From contig CAZQRL010000001.1 of the NCBI GenBank assembly GCA_964595865.1, positions 260,700 to 324,699 on the forward strand: a stretch of DNA of 64,000 nt, given 5' to 3'. How positions within the stretch are numbered: the stretch's first letter is position 1; every line of letters begins with the position of its first letter. The stretch comes from an uncultured Chthoniobacteraceae bacterium (GTDB lineage Bacteria > Verrucomicrobiota > Verrucomicrobiia > Chthoniobacterales > DYNR01). This document shows positions 26,757-37,173 of this stretch, piece by piece. Under the pieces are notes generated by a model that was given only the letters and a program-made list of their open reading frames with translations, ran no database searches and was not told the origin of the DNA. The position numbers and the translations under genes were made by a program.

Positions 26757-27719
26757 TCATTCTAAACGCACCCGCGGATCCACTGCCGCGTAGAGCAGAT
26801 CGGAAATCAGATTCCCGAGAAGCACCAAAGCCGCCACGATGAAATTCAACGCCACCAAAGTCGGATAGTCCCGCTCCAGCACGGCTTCATAGCCCAATCG
26901 GCCAATGCCCGGATAGGCGAAGATACTCTCCACAATCACGGCTCCGCTGATCAAGGCCGGGAGCAGCAACCCGATGCCGGTGATCAAGGGGCGGATGGAG
27001 TTGCGCAGTGCATGGCGATAGAAAACTTCTGCCTCGTCGAGCCCTTTGGCCCGGGCGGTGCGAATGTAGTCCTCCCGCAGGGTCTCCGCCATGGTGGCGC
27101 GAATGAAGCGCGATTGGGCCGCGATGCCGCCGATGGCCAAAATGGTGCCCGGCACGGCCAGGTGCCAAATGCGATCCAGGACCGCGGACCAAGCGTTGGG
27201 AAACTCGACCCCATAAGTTTGCAGCCCGAGAATCGGCGCCCCGAGCAAGTTCACCAGCCCAATCACCGCTAAGTAGGAAATCCAAAAGCCCGGCAGCGCG
27301 ATAAAAACAAAAGCGAGAATCGAAGTCAGCAAGTCTGGCAGGCGTCCGTAATGCCGCGCGGCAAAAATCCCCAGCCACAAGCCGAAAGATAGCGACAGCG
27401 CCAGGGAGAAGACATTCAGACTGATCGTGGCTGGCAAGCGCTCACCGATTTTTTGCAGGACCGGGCGATCATCTTTGATGCTGCGCAAGTTACCATTGAA
27501 GAGGTCGCGCATGATGAAGACGTATTGTTGTAGTAAAGGCTTGTCCAAATGGAATTTCGCCCGGAAGTTGGCTTTGACTTCTTCCGATATTTTCGGATTG
27601 AGCTCCCCCCAAGGATATGGGCTGCCCGGCGTGAGAGTAACGATGAAGAAGGAAATGAGGCTGATAAGAAAAAGCAGCACCATGGCAATTCCCAAGCGCC
27701 GTAGGACAAAATTCGTCAT
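26757..27719 (-). CDS. ABC transporter permease (OppB/DppB-type)
   Basis: The start MTNFVLRRLGIAMVLLFLISLISFFIV is canonical for DppB/OppB. The EAA loop is YIRTARAKGLDEAEVFYRHALRN. The ATG at 27719 overlaps the binding-protein stop (ATGA). The ORF-track extension to 27914 was rejected. Confidence 0.9.
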   Translation of the reverse strand: MTNFVLRRLGIAMVLLFLISLISFFIVTLTPGSPYPWGELNPKISEEVKANFRAKFHLDKPLLQQYVFIMRDLFNGNLRSIKDDRPVLQKIGERLPATISLNVFSLALSLSFGLWLGIFAARHYGRLPDLLTSILAFVFIALPGFWISYLAVIGLVNLLGAPILGLQTYGVEFPNAWSAVLDRIWHLAVPGTILAIGGIAAQSRFIRATMAETLREDYIRTARAKGLDEAEVFYRHALRNSIRPLITGIGLLLPALISGAVIVESIFAYPGIGRLGYEAVLERDYPTLVALNFIVAALVLLGNLISDLLYAAVDPRVRLE

Positions 27720-29884
27720 GCCTCCACCTCCTGAAGATTCTCGGGGCGGCTTTCCTCCATAGCTCGCACGCGGTCTTGCGGTAGGCGTTCCGGGTGCTCT
27801 GGTCGGAAAAACCACTCCAGATAAATCCCCCACCCCGCCGGAGTCAGCCGCACGGGTTCTTCGATCCAGCCTCCTTGCCCATCCGGACGGCAGACGCGGT
27901 AGGCATCGCGCCACATCACGGTTGTGCTCTCGGGCACGAAGAGAAACAAGTAGGGTTGGTCCTCATAGATCGTGCGTTGCAATTCCGCAGCCAAACGCAT
28001 TACTTCGCCACGGTTGAATTCCTGCCGAATGGTCTCCAACAGACGATCCACCCGCGGATTTTGATATCCCACCACATTAAGTTGCTCGGGATTGGTCTGC
28101 GAGCTGTGCCAGATTTGAAACTGGTCGAAATCATCCTGCGGGAGTTGCCATCCCAACACCATGGCATCGAAATCCCCTTTGTTGATGTAACGCGCGATGA
28201 AAACCGCCCATTCATAAAGCTCGATCTTCACCTCGATGCCGATTTTCAGCAAATCTGCCTGCAACAAGGTCGCGATATCCCGGCGCACTTCGCTGGCATT
28301 ATTGGTGATGACCGTGAAGGAAAAGCGTTCTCCGTCTTTTTGCAAAATTCCATCCGGCCCCGGTTTCCAACCTGCCTCGGCCAAGGCAGCCCGAGCGGCG
28401 GCAGGATCATAGGCAATGGGCTGAATGGCAGGATCAAAGAACCACATCTGCGGGGTGAAAATGCCCGTGCTCTGCACGCCATAGCTGTAGAGCAGATATT
28501 GAATCATCGCCGGCACATTCACCCCCTGAGCCAAGGCCCGGCGCACCGCTCGATCTTGAAAAATGGGCCGGCGCAAGTTCCACCCCACATACGAGTAGCT
28601 GCTGCTGGGGGAGGTGAAAATTTGCAAGCGCTGGTCTTGACGGAAGGCGTTCACCGCCCAGGGATCCACAGTCCAGAAATCCACCTGCCGGGTTTCAAAA
28701 GCCAATCGCAGGGTCAACGGATCGGGCAAAACCCGAAATACCACCGCATCCAGCCAAGGACCAGGTGCCTGCCAGTAGTGGGGATTCCGCACCAGGCGGA
28801 TAAACTCATTGGTCTTCCACTCCCCCAACTGAAAGGGCCCCGTGCCCACCGGGCGGCGATTGAAGTTTTCCGCCCACCATTCCCGTGATTTCCCGGAAAG
28901 GATGTGCGCCGGAAGGATGGACATGCGCCAACTATTGAGAGCCGGGGCATAGGGGCGACGGTAGCGCACCCGCACCTCCCACGGGGTCGGGGTGAGAATT
29001 TCCCGCACCAAGGTAAAATCCGGCTTGCGTGGTGAAGCCAACCGGTCGTCCATGATGGACTGATAGGTGAAGAGAACGTCTTGCGATGTGAAAGGCTCAC
29101 CATCCTGCCAGGTCACGCCCCGACGAAGTTGAAAAACCACCTCCGGCTCCGCCAGAAAAGGTTCCTCCATGGCGAGCACGAGCGCATACTTTTCGCCCAA
29201 GTCCGGTTTTTCTCTGGCCAACCATTCCCGCAAGCGGGACTCGAAAAGTGTCGCTTCCTCGGCCTGCGTGAGAGCCAAGGAAATCTCCAAGTGGCTTCCG
29301 CCTTCGGAAAACCAGCGCACCGCTTCGGGAAATAGACCACTGCTTTGCAAGCGCCCCAGGAGCTCGGTCCCTTCACCCGGCACTTGCAGGGTCAAAGAAG
29401 CAATCGGCGATGGCTCCAGCCCTTTTGCTTTTAACAAACCCACGACCTCCCGTGTCGCATCCAGCCCTGGCAGATCCAGCTCCAAGCGCAACTCTCCCAG
29501 CCCTCCGACCTCTCCCACAGCCAGACTTTGCAAGCTTTCCGGCCAGGATGCGCGAACCGCCTGCAACGCTTCCCGGGCGGACTCCGCCGTCTTGCCGTCG
29601 GCAAAAAAGAGGGTCGAAGTCTGATGCAGACTCCAAGACTCCGCGAGCTCGCCCTTGGGCTGCATGTTCTCATCCACGGTCAGCAGAGCCTGGAAAATAA
29701 GGCCCGAGACTTGGGAGGATGCGGCATCGGTCGAGAGAATGGGATTGAGGTTGGAAGCTTCGGCGAGGGTGCCAATGGACATTTCATTTTCCTGCCGCGT
29801 GCGCAGCGTAGTCGTATTAAGGAGCGCCGCCAGCAACAGGGCCAGCAGGGCCAAAGGCACGCCAACAACCAAAGCGCGAATCAT
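27716..29884 (-). CDS. ABC substrate-binding protein, family 5 (peptide/nickel type) with a large internal insertion
   Basis: Signal/anchor sequence MIRALVVGVPLALLALLLAALL. Family-5 motifs: NPILSTDAASSQVSGLIFQALL, GELAESWS, FQLRRGVTWQDGEPFTSQDVLFTY. About 720 aa, against the usual 520-600. Confidence 0.8.
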   Translation of the reverse strand: MIRALVVGVPLALLALLLAALLNTTTLRTRQENEMSIGTLAEASNLNPILSTDAASSQVSGLIFQALLTVDENMQPKGELAESWSLHQTSTLFFADGKTAESAREALQAVRASWPESLQSLAVGEVGGLGELRLELDLPGLDATREVVGLLKAKGLEPSPIASLTLQVPGEGTELLGRLQSSGLFPEAVRWFSEGGSHLEISLALTQAEEATLFESRLREWLAREKPDLGEKYALVLAMEEPFLAEPEVVFQLRRGVTWQDGEPFTSQDVLFTYQSIMDDRLASPRKPDFTLVREILTPTPWEVRVRYRRPYAPALNSWRMSILPAHILSGKSREWWAENFNRRPVGTGPFQLGEWKTNEFIRLVRNPHYWQAPGPWLDAVVFRVLPDPLTLRLAFETRQVDFWTVDPWAVNAFRQDQRLQIFTSPSSSYSYVGWNLRRPIFQDRAVRRALAQGVNVPAMIQYLLYSYGVQSTGIFTPQMWFFDPAIQPIAYDPAAARAALAEAGWKPGPDGILQKDGERFSFTVITNNASEVRRDIATLLQADLLKIGIEVKIELYEWAVFIARYINKGDFDAMVLGWQLPQDDFDQFQIWHSSQTNPEQLNVVGYQNPRVDRLLETIRQEFNRGEVMRLAAELQRTIYEDQPYLFLFVPESTTVMWRDAYRVCRPDGQGGWIEEPVRLTPAGWGIYLEWFFRPEHPERLPQDRVRAMEESRPENLQEVEA

Positions 29885-29903
29885 GGTCTCTGCGACACGG
29901 CTT

Positions 29904-31115
29904 TCACCGCCCCGGCAGCGCGCGCACAAATTCCGCCATCCGCTCCATGGCTACCTTAATGTCGGGAAGGCTCGTCGCATAGCTGCAACGAACGAAGCCC
30001 TCTCCTCCCGGGCCAAACGCGGTCCCAGGCACCACCGCCACCTTTTTCTCCTCCAGCAGACACAAACTAAAATCCCGGCTGCTCATTCCCGTGCTCGAGA
30101 TGTTGGGGAAGACATAGAAAGCACCTCGAGGTTTGTGGCAACTCAGGCCCATGTTTCGCAGTGCAGCTACGATGTAATTTCGCCGGGTTTCATATTCCCG
30201 ACGCATGTGCTCCACGCTGGAAGCACCATGCTCCAAAGCCTCAATGGCCGCCTCCTGGCTCATAATGGAAGCACAGAGGATCGCGTATTGGTGAATCTTC
30301 ATCATGGCTTCCACCAAGGGTGCCGGAGCACAGGCAAAACCAATGCGCCAGCCGGTCATCGCGAAGGCCTTGCTCACGCCATGCAAAAGCACGGTGCGCT
30401 CCTTCATGCCCTCCAATTCAGCAATAGAAAAGTGCTCCGCCCCATCGTAGCGCAATTCACTGTAAATTTCGTCACTCAACACCACCAGGTTGTGCCGACG
30501 CGCCAAATCCGCCAAGGCCTCGAGCTCCCGCAAGCTCAAGGTCGCCCCTGTCGGATTGGTGGGGAAGTTCAGCATCAGCACTTTGCTGCGCGGGGTGATC
30601 CGCGCCGCCACTTCTTCGGCACGCAAAGCAAATTCATCCTCCGCCCGAGTTGGCACCGCGACCGGCACCCCACGCGCAAGCAGAATACTCGGATGATACG
30701 ACACGTAACACGGCTCGTGGTAAATGACCTCATCGCCGGGATTCAGCAAGGCCCGCAGCGCGAGATCAATCGCCTCGGAAACCCCCACGGACACCAGCAC
30801 CTCGGTCGCAGGTTCATAGTGAACCCGAAAGTGCTTCTGCACATAACGCGCGATGGCTTTGCGCAACCGCGGCAAACCCAGGTTGGAAGTATAGCCGGTG
30901 CGTCCCCGCTCGAGAGCGTAAATAGCCGCCTCGCGGATATTCCAAGGGGTGACAAAATCCGGCTCGCCGATGCCGAGCGAGATCACGTCCGACATGGTTT
31001 GCACCACCTCAAAGAAATCCCGAATCCCCGAGCGCGGGATGTCACGCACGTGATCAGCAATCTGAATCGAAGAGGCTTGGGCACTCATGGGAGAGAGTTT
31101 TTCCCCACCCTTCAT
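29904..31115 (-). CDS. pyridoxal-phosphate-dependent aminotransferase, class I (aspartate/alanine type)
   Basis: IRDFFEVV...ISLGIGEPDF, NFPTNPTGA and the PLP-lysine region GVSKAFAMTGWRIG. The ATG at 31115 overlaps the lrp stop (ATGA). Confidence 0.85.
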   Translation of the reverse strand: MKGGEKLSPMSAQASSIQIADHVRDIPRSGIRDFFEVVQTMSDVISLGIGEPDFVTPWNIREAAIYALERGRTGYTSNLGLPRLRKAIARYVQKHFRVHYEPATEVLVSVGVSEAIDLALRALLNPGDEVIYHEPCYVSYHPSILLARGVPVAVPTRAEDEFALRAEEVAARITPRSKVLMLNFPTNPTGATLSLRELEALADLARRHNLVVLSDEIYSELRYDGAEHFSIAELEGMKERTVLLHGVSKAFAMTGWRIGFACAPAPLVEAMMKIHQYAILCASIMSQEAAIEALEHGASSVEHMRREYETRRNYIVAALRNMGLSCHKPRGAFYVFPNISSTGMSSRDFSLCLLEEKKVAVVPGTAFGPGGEGFVRCSYATSLPDIKVAMERMAEFVRALPGR

Positions 31116-31591
31116 GGACTCACCGCCAACCGCTCAGGCAGCAGATCAAAGGTATGAAAGGTGCCATTTTCTTTGTAGGTCTTCAGACGGAAGCGAGTGG
31201 CTGTGGATTGCACAGCATCTATGGTGCTCAACTTCTCCGCGACGAAGCTAGCCACCTCGCGGAGCGTCCGGGCTTCAACCACCACCAGCAAATCATATCC
31301 CCCACTCACCAGATAACAGCTCAGCACCTGGTCGAAACGCGCAATCCGGGCCGCAATGCGATCAAATCCTCCATCCCGCTCCGGCGTCACCTTCACCTCA
31401 ATCACCGCCGTAACCGAATCCGGATCCCACTTTTCCCGATTAATCACCGTGGTATAGCCAATGATAACCCCATCCTTTTGCAGGCTCTCGATCGCACTCG
31501 CCACCTCCTCGGGGGAACGGTCCAAGAGCCGCGCCATTTCTTCCAGGGGCAAGAGCGGGTTTTTCTGTAAAAGGCGAATCAGGGCATCCAT
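31112..31591 (-). CDS. Lrp/AsnC-family transcriptional regulator
   Basis: MDALIRLLQKNPLLPLEEMARLLDRSPEEVASAIESLQKDGVIIGY forms the HTH, followed by an AsnC-type ligand domain. An alternative TTG start exists at 31609. Confidence 0.85.
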   Translation of the reverse strand: MDALIRLLQKNPLLPLEEMARLLDRSPEEVASAIESLQKDGVIIGYTTVINREKWDPDSVTAVIEVKVTPERDGGFDRIAARIARFDQVLSCYLVSGGYDLLVVVEARTLREVASFVAEKLSTIDAVQSTATRFRLKTYKENGTFHTFDLLPERLAVSP

Positions 31592-31693
31592 AATAAGCAA
31601 GCCGGTCAACCTGCCATGTCCGGCCCCATTTTGGCAATCCCTGCCTTTCAGCTTTACAAAATGGTTTTCTTTCGGTCATTTCTTAGGGTTCGC

Positions 31694-32164
31694 ATGTCTG
31701 TTCTCATTCCTCTATTGCTCGTTGTCCACGTGGCCATCTGCCTGCTGATGGTCTTGGTTGTGCTCATGCAACGCCCTCGCAGTGAAGGGCTCGGAGCGGC
31801 TTTCGGTGGCGGCATGACTGAGAATCTCTTTGGGGCGCAGACCACCCATGTCCTACAGAAGTTCACGGTCTATCTGGGGGTGGCCTTTTTTGCCCTCACC
31901 CTCCTCTTGGCGATCCTTTTTTCCCGAGCCACCGCCAGTTCTACTTTGATCGAGCGGGAACTGCTCTCAGGCGACTCTTCGGCTCCGCAAGAAACTGCCC
32001 CCAGCGAGGCCGCGCCGACAGTTACCGAGACCCCGGTCGTCGAAGAGCAAACCATTCCCGTTCCCGCCTCTAACTCCACGGCTCCGGCCGCCGCCGAGAC
32101 TGCGACGTCACCCACTCAAGTTCCTGCGTCAGCTCCGTCGCCTGATTCCACGACTCAACCCTAA
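31694..32164 (+). CDS. secG: preprotein translocase subunit SecG with Pro/Thr/Ala-rich C-terminal extension
   Basis: MSVLIPLLLVVHVAICLLMVLVVLMQRPRSEGLGAAFGGG...FGAQ...LQKFTVYLGVAFFALTLLL is the SecG two-helix pattern. About 70 low-complexity residues follow. Confidence 0.8.
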   Translation: MSVLIPLLLVVHVAICLLMVLVVLMQRPRSEGLGAAFGGGMTENLFGAQTTHVLQKFTVYLGVAFFALTLLLAILFSRATASSTLIERELLSGDSSAPQETAPSEAAPTVTETPVVEEQTIPVPASNSTAPAAAETATSPTQVPASAPSPDSTTQP

Positions 32165-32195
32165 TTCCACCCGGGGAGACCCCTCCGGGCTGGTC

Positions 32196-33071
32196 ATGAT
32201 CCAGCTCTCCACTCCTGAACAAGCCCAGGCTTACGCCCGCAAAACTTGGGGTCGGATCGTGCTTGTTCCCACCATGGGAGCACTTCATGCCGGACATGCC
32301 GTGCTGCTTGCTGCCGCCCGCCAATTGGCAGGAAAGCGCGGCAAGGTCGTCGCCACCCTCTTCGTTAACCCAACGCAATTCGGCCCTGGAGAGGATTTGC
32401 AAAAATACCCCCGCACTCTGGCAGCGGATCAGAAGCTCTGCCGTCGAGAGGGGGTGGATGCGCTCTTTGTTCCCTCTGTGGAAGCCATGTATGCCGCCAA
32501 TCACTCCATTTCCATTCAGGAGAATGAACTAAGTCGGAGGCTTTGTGGGGCAAGCCGCCCGGGACATTTCGCCGGAGTCTGCACCATCGTGGCCAAGCTT
32601 TTCCTGCTTTTTCAGCCCAAGCAGGCAATTTTTGGAGAGAAGGATTGGCAGCAGCTGGCGATTATTCGCCGACTGGTGCGGGATCTGAACTTCCCGGTGG
32701 AGATCATCGGCTACCCGACGGTACGCGAGCCGGACGGCCTCGCCCTCAGTAGCCGGAACCGCTATCTCACCCCGGAAGAGCGTGCTGCCGCTCCGCAGAT
32801 CTTTCAAGCTTTGCAAGAAGCCCAGCGGTCCTTTGTCTCCGGCCAGTCCGTAGGGAAAATCCAGTCCGCCCTCCGGCGCAGACTGCGCAACATTCCAGGA
32901 GCGCGCCTCGACTACGCGGAAATTGTGGAGGCCACCACCCTGCAACCGTGTTCGGATCCCGAGTCCCCGCTCCAGGCCATGGTGGCGGTCCATCTCGGCA
33001 CGGCCCGCCTCATTGATAACCTCCCCCTTAATCCCACTCGTCAAACCCGTCCCCCGCATGCGCGAATTTGA
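32196..33071 (+). CDS. panC: pantoate--beta-alanine ligase
   Basis: VPTMGALHAGHAVLL (HIGH-like PanC motif) and typical length and layout. Confidence 0.9.
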   Translation: MIQLSTPEQAQAYARKTWGRIVLVPTMGALHAGHAVLLAAARQLAGKRGKVVATLFVNPTQFGPGEDLQKYPRTLAADQKLCRREGVDALFVPSVEAMYAANHSISIQENELSRRLCGASRPGHFAGVCTIVAKLFLLFQPKQAIFGEKDWQQLAIIRRLVRDLNFPVEIIGYPTVREPDGLALSSRNRYLTPEERAAAPQIFQALQEAQRSFVSGQSVGKIQSALRRRLRNIPGARLDYAEIVEATTLQPCSDPESPLQAMVAVHLGTARLIDNLPLNPTRQTRPPHARI

Positions 33072-34650
33072 TTTCATCGTTATCGGCAGCGGAATCGCTG
33101 GGCTGACTTTCGCCTTGCGCGCGGCGGAGGTTGGCAGCGTCGCCTTGGTCACTAAACGGGATCTCGCCGATACCAACACGGCCTGGGCACAAGGCGGTAT
33201 CGCCTGCGTGATGAGCCCCGAAGACTCCTTCGACCTGCACATTCAGGACACGCTCAACTGCGGAGCCGGGCTTTGCTCGGAGGAAACGGTGCGCGCGATT
33301 GTCACAGAGGGCCCGGAAGCGATCGCCGAGCTGGAAGCGTTGGGGGTGCTCTTCGACCGACGCGATACGGAGGACGGCCATTCCGAGCATGACCTCGGGC
33401 GCGAAGGAGGACACTCCAAGCGGCGCATCCTGCACCATCGCGACGCCACCGGCAAAGAAATCGAAGAAACCCTGGTGCGCAAAGTTCGCCAGCATCCCAG
33501 CATCACCATCCTGGAAAACCACATGGCGATTGACCTCATAACCACCGGGAAGCTCGGTTACGCCATGCAAGACTGCTGCGTTGGCTGCTACGTTCTCAAC
33601 GAGGCCACGGGAAATGTCGAAGTCCTGCGCAGTGATGTTAATGTTTTGGCCACCGGGGGCTGCGGCAAAGTTTATCTTTACTCTACGAATCCGGACATTG
33701 CCACGGGTGACGGGGTGGCAATGGGATGGCGCGCGGGAGCTGCGGTGGCTAATATGGAGTTTATCCAATTCCATCCCACCTGCCTCTACCATCCCGAGGC
33801 CAAATCCTTCCTCGTGAGCGAAGCTTTGCGCGGCGAAGGAGGGAAGCTGGTGGACCGGCGAGGCCGCCGCTTCATGGATCGCTACCACGAGCGCGCGGAG
33901 TTGGCCCCGCGGGATATTGTGGCCCGGGCCATTGATGCGGAAATGAAACGCTCCGGTAGCAAATGCGTCTATCTCGACATCAGCCACAAACCGGCGGATT
34001 TCATCCGCGATCGCTTTCCCAACACCTACTCGACCTGCCTGGGTTTGGGCATGGACATCACCCGGCAACCAATCCCGGTAGTCCCAGCCGCGCACTACCA
34101 ATGCGGCGGGGTGCGCACTGACCTGCATGGTGAGACCACTCTGCGCGGCCTTTACGCGATCGGAGAAGTCGCTTGCACGGGGTTGCATGGGGCCAATCGT
34201 CTGGCCAGCAACTCCCTGCTGGAAGCGCTCGTCATGGCCCGCCGTGCCTTTGCCAAAGCCACCCGCCACCGCCGCGAACGCAACTTTTTTGACCTCCCGG
34301 AGTGGCGTCCAGGCAAAGCGATTGATGTGGATGAAATGGTCGTGATTTACCACAACTGGGACGAAATTCGGCGCCTGATGTGGGATTATGTCGGCATTGT
34401 GCGCACCGATAAACGCCTGCAGCGGGCCGCCACCCGCCTGCGCAACTTGCACCACGAAATCCAGGAGTTTTATTGGAACTTCAAGGTCAGCACCGACCTC
34501 CTGGAACTACGCAATCTCGTTACCGTGGCTTCGCTTATCGTGGACTGTGCGATCAGCCGCAAGGAAAGCCGTGGACTGCATTGGTCTTTGGATTACCCGG
34601 CGACCGACGATGGGAAATTTCTGCGCGACACCGTGCTGCGTAGAACTTAA
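33058..34650 (+). CDS. nadB: L-aspartate oxidase
   Basis: MREFDFIVIGSGIAGLTFAL is the FAD fold. HYQCGGV, GEVACTGLHGANRLASNSLLE and the C-terminal ESRGLHW are present. The ORF-track start at 32923 was trimmed. Confidence 0.95.
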   Translation: MREFDFIVIGSGIAGLTFALRAAEVGSVALVTKRDLADTNTAWAQGGIACVMSPEDSFDLHIQDTLNCGAGLCSEETVRAIVTEGPEAIAELEALGVLFDRRDTEDGHSEHDLGREGGHSKRRILHHRDATGKEIEETLVRKVRQHPSITILENHMAIDLITTGKLGYAMQDCCVGCYVLNEATGNVEVLRSDVNVLATGGCGKVYLYSTNPDIATGDGVAMGWRAGAAVANMEFIQFHPTCLYHPEAKSFLVSEALRGEGGKLVDRRGRRFMDRYHERAELAPRDIVARAIDAEMKRSGSKCVYLDISHKPADFIRDRFPNTYSTCLGLGMDITRQPIPVVPAAHYQCGGVRTDLHGETTLRGLYAIGEVACTGLHGANRLASNSLLEALVMARRAFAKATRHRRERNFFDLPEWRPGKAIDVDEMVVIYHNWDEIRRLMWDYVGIVRTDKRLQRAATRLRNLHHEIQEFYWNFKVSTDLLELRNLVTVASLIVDCAISRKESRGLHWSLDYPATDDGKFLRDTVLRRT

Positions 34651-35606
34651 TGGAAGCACCGTCTGCTATGTCCGACCAGCTTGTCACCGCGCAGAATTTT
34701 CTCGCCCATCCGGAGGTTCTCACCACGGCTTCGCCTCCCGTTCGGCTGGCCGTCCTCGGCGACCCGGTGGCTCATTCCCGTTCTCCAGCGATGCATAATG
34801 CCGCCCTGGCCGCCTTGGGCTTGGAGTTTCGTTACGTGGCCATTCATGCTTCGGCGGAAGAATTTCCAACCGTGGTGCAGACCATGGCGCGGGCGGGCTG
34901 GATCGGGGCCAATGTGACCATCCCCCACAAATACGCTGCTGCCACCGTCTGCTCCACCGTGGAGCCTTATGCCAAAATGGTTGGAGCGGTGAATACCCTG
35001 GTCTTCGAAAGCGGAGAGATCTCCGGCTTCAACACGGATGGTCCTGGACTGGTGCGCGCCATCCGTGAGGAGTTCTACGTGGATTTGCGGGATCTTCGGG
35101 TGCTGCTGCTCGGTGCTGGAGGGGGAGCCGGACGCGCAATCGCCTGTCAATGCGCGCTGGAGGCTTGCGAACGCCTGGTGCTGGTCAACCGCACTTTCGA
35201 AAAAGCCCGGGCCCTCGCGCAGGAGCTTGCGCCACGTTTTCGCAGTGACCGCCTGCTCGGTCCATCCGATCGCTGCTTGGCCATTCCTTGGGAAACGAAC
35301 GCCCTGCGCGAGCAAATCGCCCAATCGGATCTGATTATCAATGCCACCTCCATTGGCATGAAACGCACAGACCCCCCGGCGCTCACCGGCAATCTCCTCA
35401 CGCCCAACCTCCTCATCTACGATACGGTTTACAGCACGGCCCGCACCCTACTTTTGGAAGAAGCTCAAAGTGTCGGAGCGCGCGGTGCCAACGGGCTCTC
35501 CATGCTCCTGCACCAGGGGGCGCTTTCTTTCGAAATTTGGTTCAATCGTTCCGCGCCCTTGGAAGCCATGCGCAAAGTATTGCTCGCTCCGAGCCCGGCC
35601 GCTTGA
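34650..35606 (+). CDS. aroE: shikimate dehydrogenase
   Basis: LAVLGDPVAHSRSPAMHNAALAALGL, GANVTIPHK, NTDGPG and LLGAGGGAGRAIA. The ATG shares one nt with the nadB stop (TAATG). Confidence 0.9.
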   Translation: MEAPSAMSDQLVTAQNFLAHPEVLTTASPPVRLAVLGDPVAHSRSPAMHNAALAALGLEFRYVAIHASAEEFPTVVQTMARAGWIGANVTIPHKYAAATVCSTVEPYAKMVGAVNTLVFESGEISGFNTDGPGLVRAIREEFYVDLRDLRVLLLGAGGGAGRAIACQCALEACERLVLVNRTFEKARALAQELAPRFRSDRLLGPSDRCLAIPWETNALREQIAQSDLIINATSIGMKRTDPPALTGNLLTPNLLIYDTVYSTARTLLLEEAQSVGARGANGLSMLLHQGALSFEIWFNRSAPLEAMRKVLLAPSPAA

Positions 35607-35631
35607 TCGCGTAGCTCGCCACGAAGGTGTC

Positions 35632-36060
35632 TCAACCCGCCGACAAAAATCTCGCCGCAACGCAGCGCAAGTGTTGGTGAATTTTCTCGAGTCCTTGCCG
35701 ACGGGTGCTGCTGAGACTCCGTTCAAGGCCAAGCTCAGCCACCCACACCGGCTTCCACGCCACGATCTCTTGTGGGCTATGTCCTTGGCAAAGGCTCGCC
35801 GCGATGCCTGCCAGCGCCCGCACCATCGGGCTGGCAGCCTCAACACGCCACCACATCCCTGCCGCCTCCCATTTTCCGACGAGCCAGATTCTTGAGCTAC
35901 AGCCCACCACCTCGTGGGCGGGTATTTTTTCCTCCTCCCGCACCCCCTCCAGCCCATCCCGCCTTTGTAACAAAGCCTGCAGCCGCTCCTGCGGATCTTC
36001 AATGATGCCATATTGGGCGATGAGCCGCCGCTCCGCCTCGACCAGACTTCCGCTCTGCAT
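35632..36060 (-). CDS. sufE: SufE-family cysteine desulfuration protein
   Basis: VVGCSSRIWLV (active Cys), ...MVRALAGIAASLCQGHSPQEI... and LSSTRRQGL. The start was trimmed to MQSGSLVEAE. Confidence 0.8.
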   Translation of the reverse strand: MQSGSLVEAERRLIAQYGIIEDPQERLQALLQRRDGLEGVREEEKIPAHEVVGCSSRIWLVGKWEAAGMWWRVEAASPMVRALAGIAASLCQGHSPQEIVAWKPVWVAELGLERSLSSTRRQGLEKIHQHLRCVAARFLSAG

Positions 36061-36076
36061 CCAAACTCCGGCGAAA

Positions 36077-36637
36077 CTAGCTCCGAGCCCCACGGGTGCT
36101 TCGCCGCGCCATTTGCCGCGCCTTGGCACGCAAAATCCAGCGATGCAAAAGATCCCAGGCCACCGAAGCCAGCGGGTAAGCCAAAAGCGAAGAGACCACG
36201 GCGGTTACCATCGCCCCGAGGAGGATCGCCATCGGGGCTTCTTTCAACAGTGCCAGCCAGTCAAAATGCTCCCCGATGCTGGCCTCGCTGGGGCGATTCA
36301 ACAGCCAGTGCCCAATTTTATACTGCAAAAACAGAACCGGCGGCGTGGTAATGGGGTTGGTGAGCCAAACTCCGACGAGCGCCGCCGGGAGATTCACTCG
36401 CGTGAAGTAGCCCAGAACCAGAGTGGGCAACATTTGCAGGGGCATGGGAATCATGGAGAAAAAAATTCCCAGGGCGAACCCTGCCGCCACCGTCCTTTTC
36501 TCGGGATGCCAGAGGGACGGATGAAAGAGACTGTCCCCCAACCACCGATGAACCCAACTACCCCGTAGATGCTTCGGTCGTGGGATATGCCGTAGATATT
36601 GTCCCAGGCGAGTGCGCCGCCAATCGCGAGGTCTCAT
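36077..36637 (-). CDS. DUF2062-family membrane protein
   Basis: SLFHPSLWHPEKRTVAAGFALGIFFSMIPMPLQMLPTLVLGYFTRVNLPAALVGVWLTNPITTPPVLFLQYKIG matches the DUF2062 pattern. Confidence 0.7.
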   Translation of the reverse strand: MRPRDWRRTRLGQYLRHIPRPKHLRGSWVHRWLGDSLFHPSLWHPEKRTVAAGFALGIFFSMIPMPLQMLPTLVLGYFTRVNLPAALVGVWLTNPITTPPVLFLQYKIGHWLLNRPSEASIGEHFDWLALLKEAPMAILLGAMVTAVVSSLLAYPLASVAWDLLHRWILRAKARQMARRSTRGARS

Positions 36638-36711
36638 AGAGTCGGGGCCAATTCAACAGCAGCCGCACCCGAGCCCAAACCTCCAGGACCCCCAAGAGAA
36701 AAGGAGAGTAG

Positions 36712-37131
<420 letters not shown>

Positions 37132-37173
37132 GGCCTCCGACCGCACTTCACGTCGTTTTTACCTCCCCGCACC

